Assembly: GCA_046757025.1 (NCBI GenBank) | Contig: JBHHXN010000005.1 | Location: forward strand, 1 to 64,000 | Reading direction: 5' to 3' | From: a bacterium | GTDB lineage: Bacteria; Zhuqueibacterota; Zhuqueibacteria; Oceanimicrobiales; Oceanimicrobiaceae | DNA length: 64,000 nt | Shown: positions 1 through 8,385 of the stretch, piece after piece | Position numbering within the stretch: position 1 is the stretch's first letter | Layout: every line of letters begins with the position of its first letter | The notes under the pieces: generated by a model | Seen by the model: the letters and a program-made list of their open reading frames with translations, nothing else | Told to the model about the DNA's origin: nothing | Databases searched by the model: none | Made by a program: the position numbers and the translations under genes

Positions 1-90
1 CGAAGTGCATTCGGGAAAGGCCGTAATTTGTTGTTTTTTCATCATGCTTCAACTCCGCTCAGCATGAAGACACTCGTTTTCGGTCAATCC
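1..90. mobile_element. Right part of a family-B MITE-like element (truncated by window start)
   Basis: 43-90 nearly identical to 3398-3445 (catgcttc(a/g)actccgctcagcatgaagac..cgttttcggtcaatc), followed by TAAATA. Confidence 0.75.
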
Positions 91-96
91 TAAATA

Positions 97-243
97 GTGT
101 CCATCCGTAATCGTCATTCCCGAGTGCTCCCTGCTTGCAACGTGCAGGGACAAGCTCATCGGGAATCTCATGCCTAACGGACCAATGGATTCCCGCTTAA
201 AGATTGCGGGAATGACAAAAAATGGCTCTTTACGGATGGACAC
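97..243. mobile_element. Family-A MITE-like element with REP-like hairpins (copy A1)
   Basis: Perfect 14-bp TIR GTGTCCATCCGTAA/TTACGGATGGACAC; TAAATA direct repeat on both sides (91-96, 244-249); internal gtcattcccg..cgggaatc and gattcccgc..gcgggaatgac hairpins. Confidence 0.85.
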
Positions 244-377
244 TAAATAATTCTTGGACTTAAAAAAATCTTCCAGCCTGCTCTGAATCGTTTTCGAAGA
301 ATGACTAGCTGAACCGTAACTTTTTTAGTGAATAGTTACCATCTTGAAGTTTACCACCAAACAAATTCACATATTGC

Positions 378-406
378 TTGCGCATTAAACCAAATTTAAG
401 TATAAT
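378..406 (+). promoter_or_regulatory. sigma70-type promoter of hflK
   Basis: TTGCGC-17bp-TATAAT; SD AAGGAGG before the ATG at 459. Confidence 0.6.
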
Positions 407-458
407 ACAACAAATTTGATATTGATCAGATTGGATTATTTAAAAGGAGGGTTAAAGT

Positions 459-1445
459 ATGGCAAAAAAAACCATCAATGTCGGCGGTGAAATCGTCGAG
501 TTGCCGGAAGTGCCCAGGGGTTGGCTGTTTTTTGGGGCGTTAGCTATTTTGGGGCTAATCTTTATTTTCACCTCATTTTATACCATCGATGCCGATGAGG
601 TCGGGGTGATTCAGCGATTCGGAAAATACATCCGCACCACCGAACCGGGTTTGCATTTTAAAATTCCTTTTGGCGTGGAAACCATCAAAAAGGTCAAAGT
701 GCAAAATGTCTATAAGGAAGAATTTGGCTTTCGGACGGTTCAGGCAGGAGTTCGGACCCAATATTCTACACAAAATTACAAAGGTGAGTCGCTCATGTTG
801 ACCGGGGATTTAAACTCAGCTCTGGTTGAGTGGATTGTACAATACCGTATTCAGGACCCCGTAAAATATTTGTTTCGCGTGCGAAATGTTCAGGAGACCC
901 TGCGGGATGTTTCGGAATCGGTTATGCGCTTGGTTGTGGGAGATCGCAGTGTGGATGAAGTGATCGTACTCAATCGTCAGGAAATCGAGGATGAAGCACA
1001 GCAGCTTACCCAAAAGCTGCTGAACGAATTTGACACGGGCCTGGATGTGGTCACCATCAAGCTGCAGGACGTGAATCCCCCGGAGCCGGTGCAGCCTGCA
1101 TTCAACGAAGTGAACCAGGCACGGCAGGAAAAGGAACGCATCATCAACGAAGCGCTGGAAGCCTACAACAAGGTGATTCCCCAGGCGAAGGGCCAGGCCG
1201 AACAAACCATTCGCCAGGCAGAAGGTTACGCCACCAATCGCATCAACCGCGCCAAAGGCGATGCCAAGAAATTTATAGACGTCTGGAACGAGTACAACAA
1301 AGCCCAGAATGTCACCCGGCGAAGACTTTATCTGGAAACCATGCTTGAGATTTTACCTAATTTAGAAAACATTTATGTGATTGACGAACAGCAGAAGGGC
1401 TTAATTCCGCTGTTGCAATTTTCGCGGAAGGAGGTGTCAAAATGA
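459..1445 (+). CDS. hflK: FtsH protease modulator HflK
   Basis: SPFH domain (GVIQRFGKY..EPGLHFKIP, LMLTGD, QDVNPPEPVQPAF); paired with hflC. Confidence 0.93.
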   Translation: MAKKTINVGGEIVELPEVPRGWLFFGALAILGLIFIFTSFYTIDADEVGVIQRFGKYIRTTEPGLHFKIPFGVETIKKVKVQNVYKEEFGFRTVQAGVRTQYSTQNYKGESLMLTGDLNSALVEWIVQYRIQDPVKYLFRVRNVQETLRDVSESVMRLVVGDRSVDEVIVLNRQEIEDEAQQLTQKLLNEFDTGLDVVTIKLQDVNPPEPVQPAFNEVNQARQEKERIINEALEAYNKVIPQAKGQAEQTIRQAEGYATNRINRAKGDAKKFIDVWNEYNKAQNVTRRRLYLETMLEILPNLENIYVIDEQQKGLIPLLQFSRKEVSK

Positions 1446-2386
1446 AAGGAACCGTATTGACTGTGATCATCGTCGGAGTGCTGGCTTTAATTCTGGCTAC
1501 CAGCTCCATGTTTACGGTGAATGAAACGGAGCAAGTCATCATCCTGCAATTTGGGCGGCCCATAGGGGAACCGATTCAAGAAGCCGGGCTGCATTTCAAA
1601 TTGCCTTTTATTCAGGATGTCAAATCGTTTGATAAACGTGTGTTGGAGTGGGATGGCGATGAAAATCAAATTCCCACTTCCGATAAAAAATACATCTGGG
1701 TGGATACATTTGGCCGGTGGAAAATTGTTGATCCGCTGAAGTTTTACCAATCGGTACGCGGCGACGAGCGGGCCGCCCAGAGCCGTTTGGACGATATTAT
1801 TGACAGCGCCACGCGCAATTATGTTTCAGAAAATTTATTGATCGAGGCAGTGCGAAATTCCAATCGCAAGTTAGAAACCACCATAGAAGAACAAGCCGGA
1901 TTTGTTACGGAAGCCGTGGCTCAAACCATTGAAAAAGGACGGCAAAAAATTACCGAGCTGATTTTAGAAAAAGCCGCCCAAGCCATGCCCGAGTTTGGTA
2001 TTGAACTGCTGGACGTACGCATCAAACGCATCAATTATATCGAAGAGGTTCGCCAGAAAGTCTATGAACGCATGATATCCGAACGTAAACGAATTGCGGA
2101 AAAGTCGCGTTCTGAAGGCCAGGGACGCAAAGCTGAAATTGATGGCGAAAGAGAAAAAGAATATCAAAGAATCACCTCCGAAGCTTATCGTAAAGCCCAG
2201 GAAATCAAAGGCAAGGCCGATGCGGAAGCCACGAGAATCTACGCCAATGCCTATAATAAGGATCCGGAATTCTATTCGTTCATTCAAACCCTGGAAAGCT
2301 ACAAAAGCACCATGAAAAATAATACCACTTTAATTTTAAATACCGATAGTGACTTTTTGAAGTATTTAAAATATATCAGGAAGTGA
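1442..2386 (+). CDS. hflC: FtsH protease modulator HflC
   Basis: SPFH domain; VYERMISER and AYNKDPEFYSF motifs; overlaps hflK stop. Confidence 0.93.
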   Translation: MKGTVLTVIIVGVLALILATSSMFTVNETEQVIILQFGRPIGEPIQEAGLHFKLPFIQDVKSFDKRVLEWDGDENQIPTSDKKYIWVDTFGRWKIVDPLKFYQSVRGDERAAQSRLDDIIDSATRNYVSENLLIEAVRNSNRKLETTIEEQAGFVTEAVAQTIEKGRQKITELILEKAAQAMPEFGIELLDVRIKRINYIEEVRQKVYERMISERKRIAEKSRSEGQGRKAEIDGEREKEYQRITSEAYRKAQEIKGKADAEATRIYANAYNKDPEFYSFIQTLESYKSTMKNNTTLILNTDSDFLKYLKYIRK

Positions 2387-3309
2387 AAAAGAAAGTTTTA
2401 CTAATTGTCGGCCCAACCGCTGTTGGTAAAACCGCTATTTCTTGTGAAATAGCCAAACATTTGCCCATTGAAATTGTTTCTGCTGATTCGCGGCAAGTTT
2501 ATCGATTCATGAACATCGGGACTGCCAAGCCCACCGAGGAGGAGCGGGCGGCAGTCCCGCATCATTTTATCGACATCAAAGATCCAAACGAATGGTACAG
2601 CGCTGGGCAATTTGGAACGGATGCCAGAGTTTGCATCGGGGAAATTCTGCAAAAAAGCAAACTGCCGCTGGTGGTAGGCGGTTCCGGTTTGTACATTCGC
2701 GCCCTTGTGGACGGGTTGTTCGAACCAAAAATCTCAGATGCCTCGGTGAAACAAAAATTAAAAAAGCGGGTCAGGGAGGACGGCCTTGAGGCGCTTTATC
2801 AAGAGTTAAAAAATGTCGATCCTGTCACCGCTGGCAGTTTAAGCATCACGGACACCCAGCGCATTTTGCGCGCCCTGGAAGTGTTCGAAATCACCGGCAA
2901 GCCCTTTTCGGAATTTCGGCAGAAAAAAACACAATCTGCCGAATTCCAGGCCTTTTTTGTGGGCTTAACCATGAATCGTGATCAGCTCTACGCACAAATC
3001 GAAACCCGCGTTGACCAAATGCTGCAGCAGGGGCTGGTGGAAGAAGTCAAAGCGCTCAAAAAACGCGGATTTACCTCCGACCTCAATGCCCTTCAAACCG
3101 TGGGCTACAAAGAAGTCTTCCTTTATTTAGATAATAAAATCAGCCGTGAAGAGATGGTGCGATTGATCAAACAAAAATCGCGGAATTACGCCAAACGGCA
3201 ATGGACCTGGTTTAACAAGGACAAAAGAATTTATTGGATAAATTTGAGTGAAATAGTAGATAAATCTGAGGTGGCCACAATCATTCTGAAGCAATTAAAT
3301 AGTGATTGA
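2383..3309 (+). CDS. miaA: tRNA dimethylallyltransferase
   Basis: GPTAVGKT, SADSRQVY, IGTAKP, VGGSGLY, YAKRQWTWF. Confidence 0.96.
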   Translation: MKKKVLLIVGPTAVGKTAISCEIAKHLPIEIVSADSRQVYRFMNIGTAKPTEEERAAVPHHFIDIKDPNEWYSAGQFGTDARVCIGEILQKSKLPLVVGGSGLYIRALVDGLFEPKISDASVKQKLKKRVREDGLEALYQELKNVDPVTAGSLSITDTQRILRALEVFEITGKPFSEFRQKKTQSAEFQAFFVGLTMNRDQLYAQIETRVDQMLQQGLVEEVKALKKRGFTSDLNALQTVGYKEVFLYLDNKISREEMVRLIKQKSRNYAKRQWTWFNKDKRIYWINLSEIVDKSEVATIILKQLNSD

Positions 3310-3445
3310 CCGAAAAGTCCATATTTCTTCACTCTGAGCCCTTCGACAAGCTCAGGATAAACTGCGTCGAAGGGTGATAAGCTGTTGTTTTTACGTCATG
3401 CTTCGACTCCGCTCAGCATGAAGACGCTCGTTTTCGGTCAATCAC
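3302..3445. mobile_element. Family-B MITE-like element with REP-like hairpins
   Basis: Perfect 15-bp TIR GTGATTGACCGAAAA/TTTTCGGTCAATCAC; TAAATA direct repeats at 3296-3301 and 3446-3451. Confidence 0.85.
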
Positions 3446-3472
3446 TAAATATTCAGCCGTTCAAGAATTAAC

Positions 3473-3501
3473 TTGACTTTTAATTTGATATTTTATACCA
3501 T
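3473..3501 (+). promoter_or_regulatory. sigma70-type promoter of tRNA-Gly
   Basis: TTGACT-17bp-TACCAT upstream of the tRNA. Confidence 0.55.
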
Positions 3502-3534
3502 AAGTGGTTGGATTTTTTTACTTGAATATGAAAA

Positions 3535-3607
3535 GCGAATGTAGCTCAGTTGGTAGAGCCCTGGCTTCCCAAGCCAGTTGTCGCGGGTTCGAATCCCGTC
3601 ATTCGCT
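3535..3607 (+). tRNA. tRNA-Gly (anticodon CCC), CCA not encoded
   Basis: Acceptor stem GCGAATG/CATTCGC, D arm GCTC..GAGC, anticodon arm CTGGC-TTCCCAA-GCCAG, T arm GCGGG-TTCGAAT-CCCGT. Confidence 0.96.
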
Positions 3608-3628
3608 CTTTTTTATTTTGAGGCCCTC

Positions 3629-4540
3629 ATGCGATTCGGAAGTTCGAAAATTCTGACTTTGTTGACGCTGGTTTGTGTGGTCAGCACGGCGTTTCCACAA
3701 TCCTATGTTCAACGCATCGATAAATACAGTTTTGTGGATTGGCAGCGCCTGATTGTGCGAACCACGGGTAACAGCGCCCTGTTAAAAAATGATGACCGTT
3801 TTGAAAAAATGGCAGCCGTAGAAAAAGCGCGGCTGGCTGCAGAAAATAATTTGTTCAATGCCGTCAAAGCGTTGAGTTTTGATTCCGAAATCCGAATCAG
3901 CGATCTTTTACTGCGCAAAAAAATTGATCCGGGTGTACTCTTTAAAGTGGTCAAACGTTTTACTATTGTGGACACGCGTTCCATGTCGGATATGTCGGTT
4001 GAGCTGGATATCGAATTGCCGCTTACCGGGCCGTTGTCGGCGGTTTTGTTTCCCACGGATATGGAGAAAGGAAAATGGTTTCTCAGCCAACAACCGCTCT
4101 GTCCCACTTGCTGGCAGCCCTGGCCGGAAGGGAAACCCGTACCGGATGGGGTGAAGTTGATCGTACCGTCAGAAGGATTTGTGACCGACAGCGGCCAGCC
4201 ATTCACAGGGTTGATTCTCGATTGTCGGGGGTTGAACCTCGCGCCGACCCTGCTGCCCAAAATATTAAACGAGAACAACGAGGAAATTTACGGTCTGAAA
4301 TTTACCAATCGCAGCCTTGCGGTAAAATCCGGCGTGGTTGTGTATGTCTCCGAGATGTCAAAAGCCTTGAAGAATAAACGTTCTGGCGTGCGTCCGCTGA
4401 TCATTCGGGGGCTCAAATCCGCTGGTATTTCCAACGCAGACGTCGTGGTGTCGAACAGCGACGCGCTGATTATTCACGCAGTAAGTCAGTTACAGGATTT
4501 TTTGAAATCGTGTAAGGTCGTCATCGTTTGGAATCGGTAA
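3629..4540 (+). CDS. Exported protein, LPP20-like lipoprotein family-related, with CPTC insert
   Basis: Signal peptide; FTGLILDCRGL..P.L.PKI..E..EEIYG and DVVVSNSDA..CKVVIV motifs; start moved to ATG 3629 because the ORF-track start lies inside the tRNA. Confidence 0.6.
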   Translation: MRFGSSKILTLLTLVCVVSTAFPQSYVQRIDKYSFVDWQRLIVRTTGNSALLKNDDRFEKMAAVEKARLAAENNLFNAVKALSFDSEIRISDLLLRKKIDPGVLFKVVKRFTIVDTRSMSDMSVELDIELPLTGPLSAVLFPTDMEKGKWFLSQQPLCPTCWQPWPEGKPVPDGVKLIVPSEGFVTDSGQPFTGLILDCRGLNLAPTLLPKILNENNEEIYGLKFTNRSLAVKSGVVVYVSEMSKALKNKRSGVRPLIIRGLKSAGISNADVVVSNSDALIIHAVSQLQDFLKSCKVVIVWNR

Positions 4541-4666
4541 CCGAACAATAAACTGAGCGTAGCAGTCGGCTTTCTTCTCCACCATAATTCTGGAAATGTA
4601 AGCCGTATTTCAAATTTTAAATAAATCCCAGATAATATTCGCAAAAAAACATCAGGAGGTAAGGAA

Positions 4667-5602
4667 ATGAATAACTATTCACGCACCGTTTTGAGCGCCC
4701 TTTGCATTTTTTTGATGGGAATCCATTTTCCTCTGGCAGCACAGAAAGGAAAAAAGATCCCGCGCATTAAAAAAAGAGTGGCGGTTTTTACTTTTGAAGA
4801 TAAAACAGATCGAAGCTGGCGATGGTGGAACCACAAAGGGGTGGGCGAAGGACTGAGCGATATGCTCACCACCGAATTGGTGAAGACCGGTCACTACCGG
4901 GTCATCGAAAGGCAGGAACTGGAACAAATTCTAAAAGAACAGAAATTGGGCATGTCTGGCATTGTCACTCCCCAAAGCGCCGCCGAACTGGGTAAGGTGT
5001 TAGGCGTGGAATTTGCCGTCATGGGAGCGGTGACGGAGTTCGGCTATAAAAAAAGCAGTACCGGCGGCCGTATTAAAGGATTTGGACTGGGTGTGCAAAA
5101 GCAATCCGCCACAGTCGCGCTGGATTGCCGCATGGTCAACACCTCCACTGCGGAGATTATCAGTGCGGAACACGTGCGGAAAGAAAAGTCTTCCAAAGGT
5201 TTGAAAATCGACACCCGCAAAATCGATTTCAAATCGCAAAAGGCTTTTGATGAGTCTCTGGTTGGCAAGGCTGCGCGGGCGGCGGTACAGGATGTAATCA
5301 AAATGATCGACCAAAGATCACCGCAGATTCCGTGGCAGGCTAAAATCATTACCGTTAAAAACAATCTGGTTTTCATCAATGCCGGCGCTCAGAGCGGCCT
5401 TCAAAACGGCGACATCTTTTTCATTTATCAAAAAGGCGAAGATTTAGTGGATCCGGATACGGGTTTGTCCCTGGGCAGCGTCGATACGAAAATCGGAGAG
5501 ATAAGAGTCATCAATGCCAATGTTGGCCAGGGCAAAGCATCCCAGTGCGAAATTGTCAGCGGTTCAGGTTTTCAACGAGGTGATTTTGTGCGTATTAAAT
5601 GA
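4667..5602 (+). CDS. CsgG/HfaB family protein with FlgT-like C-terminal domain
   Basis: KKRVAVFTF, GLSDMLTTELVK..YRVIERQELEQILKEQ, INAG...GL..GD..DPDTG; strong SD. Confidence 0.8.
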   Translation: MNNYSRTVLSALCIFLMGIHFPLAAQKGKKIPRIKKRVAVFTFEDKTDRSWRWWNHKGVGEGLSDMLTTELVKTGHYRVIERQELEQILKEQKLGMSGIVTPQSAAELGKVLGVEFAVMGAVTEFGYKKSSTGGRIKGFGLGVQKQSATVALDCRMVNTSTAEIISAEHVRKEKSSKGLKIDTRKIDFKSQKAFDESLVGKAARAAVQDVIKMIDQRSPQIPWQAKIITVKNNLVFINAGAQSGLQNGDIFFIYQKGEDLVDPDTGLSLGSVDTKIGEIRVINANVGQGKASQCEIVSGSGFQRGDFVRIK

Positions 5603-5666
5603 ACTGAATTCAACGCAAATGAAAAAATGATGTAAAATTCTATTTAATAGGCCTGAAAGATTTTCT

Positions 5667-5697
5667 AAAGGAGATGAAAATATTCGTCTCCTTTTTT
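5667..5697 (+). terminator. Intrinsic terminator
   Basis: aaaggagatgaa/ttcgtctccttt hairpin plus T-run. Confidence 0.7.
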
Positions 5698-5770
5698 ATG
5701 TTAGAAATCGTTTTTATTTTAATTAAATTATTTATATATTTGGCCTTGCAAAAACAGATGTGAAAAATTT

Positions 5771-7051
5771 ATGAAAATCATTGCGGTAGAAAATAAAAGC
5801 ACCGGAGCCGAGCTCGGACTGAAAATCGGGGATAAAATTGTGGCCATTAACGGAAAACCGGTGGCGGACGTCATCGACTATCAATTCATGATCACCGAGG
5901 AGGAAGTTGAGCTGGAGATCGAACGCAACGGCGCATCCATTGTTTTCGAAATAGAAAAAGAATACGACGACCAATTGGGTCTGGGACTGGAAGACATCAA
6001 AATTCGCCGCTGCGGCAACGATTGTCCCTTCTGTTTTGTGGATCAAAATCCGGCTGGCATGCGTCAAGCCCTGTATTTTCGCGATGAAGATTTTCGCTTG
6101 TCCTTTTTGTCGGGGCACTATGTGACCCTCACGAATTTGTCCCAAAAGGACATGACGCGTATCGTAGAGCAGCGGCTTTCGCCCATGTTTGTCTCGGTGC
6201 ACGCCACCGAGCCGGAAGTTCGAAAATTCCTGCTGGGCATCGACCACGATGATCGGTTGTTTGAAAAGCTGAAATTTCTGACGGAGCATGAAATCGAACT
6301 CCACACGCAAATCGTACTTTGCCCGGAAGTAAACGACGGTTCCGTGCTCGAGAAAACCATCCACGATTTAGCCGGTTATTTACCGAGGCTGAAATCGGTT
6401 TCCATTGTGCCGGTGGGATTGACCCGTCACCGAGCCGGCTTAATCCAGCTTAAGCCGGTGACGGTGGAGTACGCCGTCGAACTCATTCGCAAGGCGGAAA
6501 ATTACGCAGCAGATTATCACAGAGAAACCGGCGAATATTTCGTTTATCTTTCCGATGAATTTTATATCCTGGCCGCACAGCCGCTGCCGCCTGCCAGCCG
6601 CTACGATGGTTTCTATCAAAAAGAAAACGGCGTGGGCATGGTTCGCTTTATGCTGGACGAATTCGAGCGGCAGAAGCCACGGTTTCCTGCGGCTTTGGCG
6701 CAACCATTTCGAGTCACGCTGGTCACAGCCAGCCTGGCCAGCGGCTTCATGAAGAATCAAATCGTGCCGGCGCTAAATGAGGTGGAAAATTTTTACGCCC
6801 AGCTTGAAACCGTGCGCAATCGATTTTACGGCGATTCCATTCAGGTGACCGGGCTTTTGACGGGCCAGGATTTATACGACCACCTGTCGCGGGCCGCTCT
6901 GGGAGATAAAATTTTTTTGCCGGCAAATTGTTTGAAGGATGGCGCCGTATTTCTGGACGACTGGACGCTGGAGCAATTGCGCGCCAAGCTCAATTGTCCG
7001 GTGCAGGCCGTGAACAACGATTTCTCTGTATTATTCGAGAACTTGACTTAG
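5771..7051 (+). CDS. DUF512 family Fe-S protein (PDZ plus radical-SAM-like)
   Basis: N-terminal PDZ (GLKIGDKIVAING), CGNDCPFC, RLSFLSGHYVTLTN, SIVPVGLT, ENGVGM; upstream of der. Confidence 0.85.
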   Translation: MKIIAVENKSTGAELGLKIGDKIVAINGKPVADVIDYQFMITEEEVELEIERNGASIVFEIEKEYDDQLGLGLEDIKIRRCGNDCPFCFVDQNPAGMRQALYFRDEDFRLSFLSGHYVTLTNLSQKDMTRIVEQRLSPMFVSVHATEPEVRKFLLGIDHDDRLFEKLKFLTEHEIELHTQIVLCPEVNDGSVLEKTIHDLAGYLPRLKSVSIVPVGLTRHRAGLIQLKPVTVEYAVELIRKAENYAADYHRETGEYFVYLSDEFYILAAQPLPPASRYDGFYQKENGVGMVRFMLDEFERQKPRFPAALAQPFRVTLVTASLASGFMKNQIVPALNEVENFYAQLETVRNRFYGDSIQVTGLLTGQDLYDHLSRAALGDKIFLPANCLKDGAVFLDDWTLEQLRAKLNCPVQAVNNDFSVLFENLT

Positions 7052-7064
7052 TCGATTTTTGCAA

Positions 7065-8381
7065 ATGAACCGGAAAATAGTGGCGATTATCGGCAGACCC
7101 AATGTGGGAAAATCAACCTTGTTCAACCGCATCGTGGGGCGAAGGGAAGCCATTGTGGACGACCAGCCCGGGGTCACACGCGATCGCAAATATGCCGAGG
7201 CAGAATGGGCCGGCAAAACGTTCACGCTGGTGGATACCGGCGGCTATCTGCCGCAAGGGCAGGATCAAATTGAAACCGCCATTTTTGTGCAGGTTCAGGG
7301 GGCCATAGAAGAAGCCCATGTGCTGGTGTTTCTGGTGGACGCCAAAACCGGGCTGACGGCCTTGGACGAAGAACTGGCGTTGCTGTTAAAAAAGAGCGGC
7401 CGCGATGTGCTGCTGGCGGTGAACAAAGTGGATAACGAAGCGGACGAGCTCAGCTCTGTAGAATTTTATAAGCTGGGGCTGGGGGAGCCAGCCACGCTTT
7501 CTGCCATGAACAGCCGTAACGTCGGGGATTTTTTAGATCGGGTAATTTCGTTTCTACCGCCCCAAAAAGCTTCTGATGAATCCGCCGGCAATGCTACGAT
7601 TTCGCTGGCAGTGGTGGGCCGGCCAAATGTCGGGAAATCCTCTTTCATCAATGCTTTGATCGGAGAAGATCGGCACATTGTTACCGAAATTCCCGGCACA
7701 ACCCGCGATGCCATCGACACCCGGTATAAATATTACGGACAGGATTTGCTGCTCATCGACACTGCGGGACTGCGAAAGAAATCTCGGGTCAAAGACGCTA
7801 TCGAGTTTTACAGCAACTTGCGCAGTTTTGAAAGTATCCGCCGCTGTGACATCGCCATCATTCTGATCGACGCCACCGCCGGTGTGGAAGTGCAGGATTT
7901 GAAAATCCTCAACGAAGCCGTGCGGCTCAACAAGGGTGTGATCATGGCGGTGAACAAATGGGACTTAATTGAAAAAGACACCAACACCGCAAAGGAGTAC
8001 GAAGTCCGAATCCAGGATTCTCTGAAAAGCCTGAATTATTTACCGATCATTTTTATTTCAGCGAAAACCAAAAAACGTATTTACAAAATATTGCAAACGG
8101 TAAAAGCGGTGGATGCCGAGCGTCGAAAGACGGTAAAGACTTCCGAGCTCAACGACTTTCTGTCGGAGGTGATGCGCAAATATGCGCCGCCATCCATGGA
8201 TCAAAAAGAAGTGAATATCAAATATTGCACGCAAGTAAAATCCAACCCACCGGTGTTTGCATTTTTTTCAAATGCGCCAAAGTCAATTAAACCCAATTAT
8301 CGTGCATACCTGGAAAATCAGCTCAGACAGAAATACGGTTTCTGGGGCGTGCCGCTCACTCTAATTTTTAAGAAAAAATGA
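7065..8381 (+). CDS. der: Ribosome biogenesis GTPase Der (EngA)
   Basis: Two GRPNVGKS P-loops, PGVTRD/PGTTRD, DTGG/DTAG, NKVD/NKWD. Confidence 0.97.
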   Translation: MNRKIVAIIGRPNVGKSTLFNRIVGRREAIVDDQPGVTRDRKYAEAEWAGKTFTLVDTGGYLPQGQDQIETAIFVQVQGAIEEAHVLVFLVDAKTGLTALDEELALLLKKSGRDVLLAVNKVDNEADELSSVEFYKLGLGEPATLSAMNSRNVGDFLDRVISFLPPQKASDESAGNATISLAVVGRPNVGKSSFINALIGEDRHIVTEIPGTTRDAIDTRYKYYGQDLLLIDTAGLRKKSRVKDAIEFYSNLRSFESIRRCDIAIILIDATAGVEVQDLKILNEAVRLNKGVIMAVNKWDLIEKDTNTAKEYEVRIQDSLKSLNYLPIIFISAKTKKRIYKILQTVKAVDAERRKTVKTSELNDFLSEVMRKYAPPSMDQKEVNIKYCTQVKSNPPVFAFFSNAPKSIKPNYRAYLENQLRQKYGFWGVPLTLIFKKK

Positions 8382-8385
8382 CCTC

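Noticed and set aside
49..243. 64-aa minus-strand ORF
   Set aside because: Lies within MITE/REP repeats; translation of palindromic DNA.
3578..3628. ORF-track N-terminus of the 320-aa protein
   Set aside because: Overlaps the tRNA; ATG 3629 gives a normal signal peptide.
3535..5602. Genomic island integrated at tRNA-Gly
   Set aside because: No integrase and no duplicated tRNA 3' end seen; downstream genes look native.
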